DNA from: the human T2T-CHM13v2.0 reference genome, Homo sapiens
Length of the DNA stretch: 64,000 nt
NCBI RefSeq assembly: GCF_009914755.1
Contig: NC_060927.1
Strand: one strand, 5' to 3'
The notes beneath the pieces were generated by a model. That model saw only the letters and a program-made list of their open reading frames with translations. It searched no databases and was not told the origin of the DNA. Shown piece after piece: positions 56,671 to 64,000 of this stretch (within the stretch, counting starts at the first letter, position 1; the number at the start of each line of letters is the position of its first letter). A program made the translations under genes and the position numbers.

Positions 56671-58689
56671 GTATATATTGTATATATATGTAAGAATATA
56701 TGTGCACACACAGACACACATATATATGTGCAGATAATGTTTTAAAAAACATACATATTTTGCTTTACAAAAAGATGCACGTTTTCTTTAAACAATAAGC
56801 ATACTTATTAAAATGCTAACTCATAATATTGGAGCTCACAAATAAGTAAGCAAGAATTTTAAAGAGAAAAATATTTGTTATCATGTGATAACCTATTACA
56901 AATCCTTTGCAGTGAAAATGTTTTTGAGACAGATTAATGGGAAGGCACAAGTAGTTCAATGGAAAGTCTTGTACATTTGTTCTGGGTTATTTTAGCATGT
57001 GATGAATAAATACAGTGAAAAATGTGTTCTTGTGGGATTTTCCTGCTGGACAAAAAACAAAAGTAAAAGGTTTGTTTTTAAATATTAAGGACCTAAAATT
57101 CAATGACTCAGTGTTTCATTGTTCTGTAATTGGTTAATTGGCAGTAGGAGAAGAGTACAGGGGTGGATGGGCATATTCCTGCCTGCACAAGAACAAGACC
57201 ATTAAAAAGCTGAGTAAGTTTTGATTTGTTTTGCTTTGCCTGTTGCTTTTCTAATGAATTAGTCCCGGTGTTTAAAGGATTGCCTAGTAAAGTCATTGAA
57301 ACATCATTTTTTTCAAATATTATCTAAAATTTCCTTGGAACTAAGGTTTTATGCAATGATCTATTAAATAATGAATAAGCACATGGTAATAGAAAATTAA
57401 AATATCCCTTTAATTCCTACTGATTCACTTAAGAGAAAATTCAGAAACCTTCTCATATAGAATTGCAATTCCTTATTATGTTATATATTTATAAGTTGAT
57501 AATGAAAAGGCAACTTTAATCAAAAGTTAATTTAAAAACTCACAACATAATCATTTGGTTTATTCAATTAAATAGTACTGAATTTCAAGAGTGTGTAGTA
57601 ATAATGAACAAATATAAATTGAGGAAAAGAAGTGAAAGTCTCAGAAGCTTTAGAGTGATGAATAAGAAGGCTGATACTGGTTACATTGGCCTTTGTTTTC
57701 TATTGTACTAAAGTTGCAGTTAATGAAATATTTGAGTAGCAAAGATAAGAGACAAAGATGCTTTACAAAATACTGGTAATAAAACTCTTCTTCTAAAAAG
57801 ACAGCTACCCAATATGCTTGATACTTATCGAGGACCTATATTTTTTAAAAAACAGAAGCCCAGCAGAGTCATCGTTTCTCTAGGCTCACATTCTCCTTTG
57901 TCTAGTAGGATGTGTGTTATGAATATAAATGAACTTTTGAGACTTAGTTATAAAGATCTCTGGCACATCACTAAGCATTTTAGTCCTCTCTGTTAGCTGG
58001 TTTCCTGTGGGCTGTGTCTGTTATCTTTCCTCTCATGCCGCATCCAGTCTCTACTGTGATTAGGCTCTTGAGGACAGGGGATATTTCTTCCTGAAGTTTG
58101 TACCTGCCTATCCTGGCCAAGGTTTCTGCTCTAAATTCTTTCCTATTTCCTTACCTTGGTGAGATGGGCTATAAGTCTAGGACTCCTACTTTTATCTTTC
58201 TTGACAAATACCTAGAGCAGGTGCAGCTCTAGCTGCTCATCTCACACTCCTTCTGGCGTAGAAGATCTGCCTGGATCTTCTTATCAGAGGCAACTTTCTA
58301 AAGATTTTATCAGCCAAGAAGAGAAAGTTTGGCAAGCCATTACAAGAAGGGAACTAGAAACTTCTTCAAGGTACAGAACTTGTCTTCTTTATTTTTACAC
58401 TTCCAGAGCCACAAAGTGCCTGGAAATCAGGTGTTCAATGAATATTGGTTGCACTGAATATGGATTCCTCTTCTCTTCCCCCTCCCAACTTCGTCCTCAG
58501 GATCAGTGGACTCATTGTGGGTTTCTTATGAAATTACCATAAAAATAGTTTACATATAATGTCTAACATGTGATTTCAGATTAACAAAACTCCCAAAATT
58601 TAGATGCCCTGACTCAAAAAAAATTTTTGTTTAGAAGTAACATATGGTATGTAGTTTGGGATATAAGGTGTGATCAGAAATAAATAAGT

Positions 58690-59375
58690 TTTCAGACTAT
58701 ATATTAGTCAAAAACTGGCAATTACCAAAATGGCCTTCAATAGTTGAGTGAATAAATTGCAGTATGGTCATGCGATGGAGTACCATACAGCAACAAGAAT
58801 GATCAGTCTATGACTACACACAAAAATAATGAATGAATCTCACAAATGAAATGTTAAGAGAATAAAGCCATGTGCAAGAGAGTATATTGTATGAGTTCAT
58901 TTGTACAAAATATAAAAACAGGCTAAATTGATCTATGCTATTAGAAATCATAACAGTGGTTACCCTACAGGCAGTGGTCCTCAACTGGGGATGACTTTTT
59001 TTCCAGGAAATATTGGGCCTATCTCTTTATCTGGAGAGAGATTTTTGTTGTACCATTGATAGGACTGCTACTGGTAGCCAGTGGGTAGAGGCCAGGAATG
59101 CTGCTAAACATCCAACAATGCACAGGACAGCCCTCCACAGCAAATAATTGTCCAACCCAAAATGTCAGTGGTGCTGGGCTGAGAAACCCTACCCTAGAGG
59201 AATAATGGTAGAAAGTGGGCACAAAGAAGATTCTAGGAGCTGGTAATATTCTGTTTTTTGATCTGTGTGCTTATTACATGTGTATTCAATTATAAAATTT
59301 ATCAAGCTGTACACATATGATATGTATACATTTTATCTTATATTATCCTTCAACAATAAGTTTTACAAGTTTTTA
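58690..59375 (+). mobile_element. L1ME-type 3' end, split by MER20
   Basis: 'atgaatctcacaaatgaaatgttaag...ctatgctattagaaatca..agtggttaccct' resumes after 59200. Confidence 0.75.
58972..59191 (+). mobile_element. MER20 MITE
   Basis: cagtggtcctcaactgggg ... gtgggtagaggccaggaatgctgctaaacatcc ... gagaaaccct. Flanks ccctacag/ccctagag. Confidence 0.88.
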
Positions 59376-60119
59376 AAAGCTACCTATGCTTTAGAAAACC
59401 TTTATTTAATAAAAATATGCCCTAGGACTCAATCAAGGGGTATATTAAGTAGCTATCAGCTTACATTGACCAAAGCCATCCAGACTTAGCGGAAAACAGA
59501 AAAGAAAAACATATTATGGAAAACTCTAAAGGTTTAATGATAAAACACAAAATAAACCTTTCACTCATCAAATATTATACAGAATATCAGGATTTGGGGT
59601 ATATACTTATCACTTTAAAATGGCAACAACTTAAAAAAAAAGCATCAAGTGCTAATAAAAAAATGCATGAATGTTTTATTTACCAGAAAATCCTTGTTGA
59701 CATGTAGAAAGGAATCTGGCCAAGTAACTTAGAATCAGAATTTGTTATGTCAGCATCTGCAGAAACTAGAAACATGAGAGCTACTTTAAAAATGCCTTAG
59801 TGCCATCCACAGCCTCCTGCTGCAACTTTTCTGTTCAGCCTGCACTTCTGCAGCATCTTTTGCTCTGTGATGAATTCCTGTGCTCTGTAAAATGTGCAAG
59901 GTTTTTTCATAGCATGAATTTCCATTGACAGCATATTTTGAATGGGGAAGTCTCTTGTGGCTATCCTGTCCCAGTCTCACACTTGTTTGTTGGGTACATT
60001 GAGGGCACATAACTTGTTTTTTTAGTTCATAGGTCTCTAATCGTGGGAAACCTCGTATGGCAGAATGCAGGTCCAAAAGTCCTGGACTCTGATCCAGATA
60101 AACGGAAGTCTCAGGAAGA

Positions 60120-60640
60120 AGTAAGTGTATTTTGCATGTAGGAGGGACATGAATAATTGTAGCCAGAAAATGGACTATGGTAGATTATTTATTAAAAAAT
60201 GACCAAAATTATTTCCTTTCCTATATCTAGACCTCCATGCAATGTGACTTTGCAGCTCCTCCCATATGGAGATGGGGTCTATTTCCCTACCCCTTTAAAT
60301 CAGGGCTGGCTTTGTGACCTGTTTCAACTAACAGAATGTGGAGAAACTGACACCATGACAGTTCTGAGCCTGGGCCTCAAGAGGCCTTGCACGCTTCCAC
60401 TCACTTTTTTGGAACCATGCTTCTGCTGTGTGAATAAGCCTGGACTTGTCTGCTGGATAAGAAGAGATTCCATGGAAGTCAGACAAGCCATCCTAGACCA
60501 GCCAGGCCCAGCTAATCTAGGGGGCTGCCCACAGATGTATGAAGTGAGTCCAGACAAGATCAGGAAAACCATTCACGTGTGCTATGCTCATATTGGCATC
60601 CTGCAAAATCATGAACTAAATGATTTGCAGAGATTTCTTA
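60120..60640 (+). mobile_element. MLT1-type MaLR LTR preceded by the end of internal sequence
   Basis: 'gtattttgcatgtaggagggacatgaat' then 'gcaatgtgactttgcagctcctccca...ttctgagcctgggcctcaagaggccttg'. Confidence 0.7.
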
Positions 60641-61265
60641 CACATCATTTACCTTTGTTCTCAGGCAAGATTACTGTAAGCAGATTCAGCTTTTATTCTA
60701 TTTGTGGCAAATAGAACAAAAATTTTACCAGTAGCTACTCTTTCTCAGTGGTTCAATGAATATTCCTGAACTAAATCGTAAACCTAATTTCTCAGGTTAC
60801 CTCTTGAGAGTAGTCACTTTACTGTGACTGAAGCAGTCACTCTAACCTGGGTGTTAGATGCTGTGATGGCTGCACCTGGGTCCTTCCCAGGAGCTGGGGT
60901 GATGGGGTGTGTTATGAGAAAGTGATGATTCCCAACAGGTGAAAAAATAATGACTGCCCCACACAGTATGCTCTGCATCTCACTGCCTCTCATGTGAGAA
61001 TTCAGCTCGTGTGATGTTTTTAATTGGTTGGTTGTCCATTGCTCTGTAGATGCTGTCATCACCATAGATACCAGGGCCAGTCATCCGTTGATTGTTCTAT
61101 TTGCATGATTTGAAATATGAAAGATCATTAGGAAAAAAGTCTATTTAAGATAAATTTGGCATTTTTGATACTTTAGTGTTGAGATTTCTAGATAACTTTT
61201 TTCTTACAATATTTTATCCTTGATGCATACCAGATCTTCTTTCTCCTGAAATGAAGGAAGGATGT

Positions 61266-61631
61266 TAATATGGTCTGGATCTGTGACCCCACCCACATCT
61301 CACCTTGAATTGTAATCTGAATTTCAATCCCCACATGTTGTAGGAGGGACCTCATGGGAGGGGATTAGATCATTGGGGCAGTCCCCCCATGCTGTTCTCA
61401 TGATAGTGAGTGAGGTCTCATGAAATCTGATGGTTTTATAAGGGGCATCCCCCTTCGCTTGGCACTCATTCTTTCTCCTGCTGCCCTGTGATGAGGTATC
61501 TTCTGCCATAATTGTAAGTTCCCTGAGGCCTCCCCAGCCATGAGGAACTGTGAGTCAATTAAACCTCTTTTCTTTATAAGTTACCCAGTCACAGGTATTT
61601 CTTCATAGCAGTGTGAGAAGGAACTAATACA
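61266..61631 (+). mobile_element. THE1D/MSTA MaLR solo LTR
   Basis: taatatggtctggatctgtgacccc ... gaactaataca. Perfect TSD gatgt. Confidence 0.92.
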
Positions 61632-62584
61632 GATGTGCTGGTCAATTTTATGCTGTTACATAATATGGAACAATACACGTTATAGTAAATACTTCCATTT
61701 TGTGGAAAGTAGAAGGGCATCAAGCACAAAAATGAAGAAAGATCTTGTTAAATGCTTGAATAATAAATACAGAGAAAATTGGCAATGTTCAAAGAATACT
61801 ATTTCCTTTAATATTATTCAATAAACTCTGTCTCCTAGCCTTTTGATTTCCTCAGGCTGACTTGTCTGACTTGTGGATGTGCTTGACTTGAATTCACTTA
61901 TCCTCAAAAATAATGAAGACTAAGTTGTAGGCATTGTGTATGAGTGGGCAATCCAGTGAAAAGAGCTAGTGAGTAACTTTCCAGCAGGTGAAGATTGTGT
62001 ATATACCTTCTGTAAAAATGCTGGTTTTATGATTGGTGATTAATTGAATAATCTCTGTGAGCAAACACTCAGGAATCAAAAAATGGATTATGATACATCC
62101 ACATACAGATACAGGAATAATCTGCAGCTGATAAAATAATATTTCTAAGGAATATCAATTGAAATGGGAAAGCATACATACTATTTTGCTAGGTAGAAAG
62201 TATTTCTACAGATATATCATGTCATTATTTTCCTAATGTGTATGTGTGTGTGTATACACACATATATCACAAAATATTACCAGTTGAGTCCCCAAAGGCA
62301 GACAATTTTGAGTGCATTTTTCTCTCTCTTGCTTCCTTTTATTTTCCAGGCTCCCAGCATTAGAATATGTTGCTTCTGAAATTATAATAATAAAATATAA
62401 ACATGCAAAATGTATTAAGAGGGTTTTGTACCACCACAGAGAAAGTAATGCTAACAAAATATTTTGCTACCAGAAAAAAATTTCCCTAAATCCTCATGAT
62501 GTATTTTTCTTGTATAAATTTTGGTATCCACTTTTCAGTCTGATGGGGATATTCTTTTGAGGGCTGTCAGATCTAAGCTAAAGT

Positions 62585-62790
62585 AAATAATTACTGACAT
62601 CTATAGAGTACACCCTATATGCTGGGCCCTGTTCTAAGTATTTCTTATGCTTTAACTCATGTAATGCTCACAATACCCTATGGGGTGGTAACTACTGGTT
62701 TTATCTATTTTACAGATAAAGAAATTGGGACACAGAGAATGTAAATGGAGATGCAGTGGAATCAGACTCCAGAGTTCCCACTCATAAAAA
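62585..62790 (-). mobile_element. MIR
   Basis: 'ctatatgctgggccctgttctaag...attttacagataaagaaattgggacacagaga'. Confidence 0.78.
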
Positions 62791-63149
62791 CTTTTCTCTC
62801 TCTCCTATCTTGTGAGGAAGGACATTTTAGGTATTACTTCATCTAGAAAGGAATGGCTCTTCAGCGAGGCAAGCAGAACTGGGAATGCAGAGCCCAGGTA
62901 GGCAGGAGAAGGCTTTGACCTTCTTCTCTTTGTCTATTCATGGAGAAATTCACCTTGGGCTTTTGGGACAGTATCTAACGTATAGAAGCAAGAATGGAGA
63001 GACTCCAGCAAGCTCTTTGCCTTATGAGGTCCCTTTCATAAGGGGTGGAATACAATTTAAATGAGCTAATTGATATTTCAGGGTATGATTGCCTATAAAA
63101 TATGGGTTGTGCACTAAAATGAAGAGGACTTTGCTTTCGTAAGATTAAG

Positions 63150-63355
63150 AATCACTGAGTTAGATAAAGTTAGACAAGTCTGTTGCAGGACTTCTCAGAG
63201 CCTTCATTACGCTTACACACATTTTAGTCTCTATGGAGTGAATACGGTACATACTGTTTCTCAACTTCTTTCAACCACAAAACACCTTTCTCATGGAGAA
63301 TCTTCTAATAGCTCCCCAAGTTATTGTTCTGTGGAACAAAGTTTGGAAACATTAG
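63150..63355. mobile_element. hAT-Charlie MITE (MER112/MER103-like)
   Basis: 'gcaggacttctcagagcctt' and terminal 'tgttctgtggaacaaagtttggaaacat'. Confidence 0.55.
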
Positions 63356-64000
63356 TCTCAAATAATAATACTCTCTATATTATTTCCATTCCCCCCAGCC
63401 TTCAGTGATTATTTTTAACATCCAAGCCTTACTTCAGGTGTCCTCTGAAGACATAAGAAAATGATTTGTATCTTTGTTTGGACATATTTATTAGAGGAAG
63501 GGTTGCTAAATTTGGCTTGTTACAAAGCAAAACCTAATCCATGAAGTGTTTTTGGTATGGTAAGGACTTGGAGACTCTTCTGATGACCTAAGGCCACTTT
63601 AGCTATTAATAATTTGGCAGAACCTCTGAGTCTTAGCCAAATTCCACATCCTGGCCCAGAGAAACCACTTCACATCCCCTATGGAAACATTGCCTAGTCC
63701 CTCCCAACAGTGGTCCCTGTAGGCTTGCTGGCTCTCAATTCTCAGTCCCTTCCACATTCTTTCACAGAGACTATAGGGGACTTATGGATTCCTTCTATGC
63801 TGTGTAAAAGAAAAGGGAGTATCAGGGTACCATCACCTATTCTTTCTCACTGTATATATGCCACAATTTTATTCTTACTTGGTGGCAGTTTCTCCATGTT
63901 GCCACAGGGAAACTAAGTAAGGCTACCTCCTTCCAAAGTTCCAAGTAGGATGTGGAATTAAATGAAGACCACCTAAATGAGAATGAGAAGAGGCTACTCA

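Noticed and set aside
60199-60714. 171-aa ORF
   Set aside because: Lies in an MLT1 LTR with no recognisable protein similarity.

Overview
This is primate, very likely human or great-ape, intergenic or intronic DNA made mostly of interspersed repeats: AluY/S/J, L1PA and L1M, L2, MIR, MaLR/ERVL/ERV1 LTRs and hAT/mariner MITEs. I found no recognisable protein-coding gene, RNA gene or CRISPR array. The supplied ORFs are L1 ORF1/ORF2 remnants, Alu or LTR read-throughs, or unrecognisable short ORFs. The interest lies in the rearrangement history the repeats record. (1) A ~1.4 kb inversion (50145-51545) splits an LTR12 (ERV9) solo LTR at one breakpoint and a FLAM plus its host ERV1 LTR at the other. 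Reverse-complemented target-site duplications (TSDs) support it. (2) A ~60-nt young L1 3' end carries a 3' transduction inside a 14-bp TSD (3521-3746). (3) A twin-primed 5'-inverted L1PA lies at 1337-2117. (4) A 107-nt orphan insert sits inside an old L1. (5) Several local duplications occur, one with a spacer matching sequence 2.2 kb away. Subfamily names come from remembered consensus features, not from a RepeatMasker/Dfam run, and boundaries of old elements are approximate.
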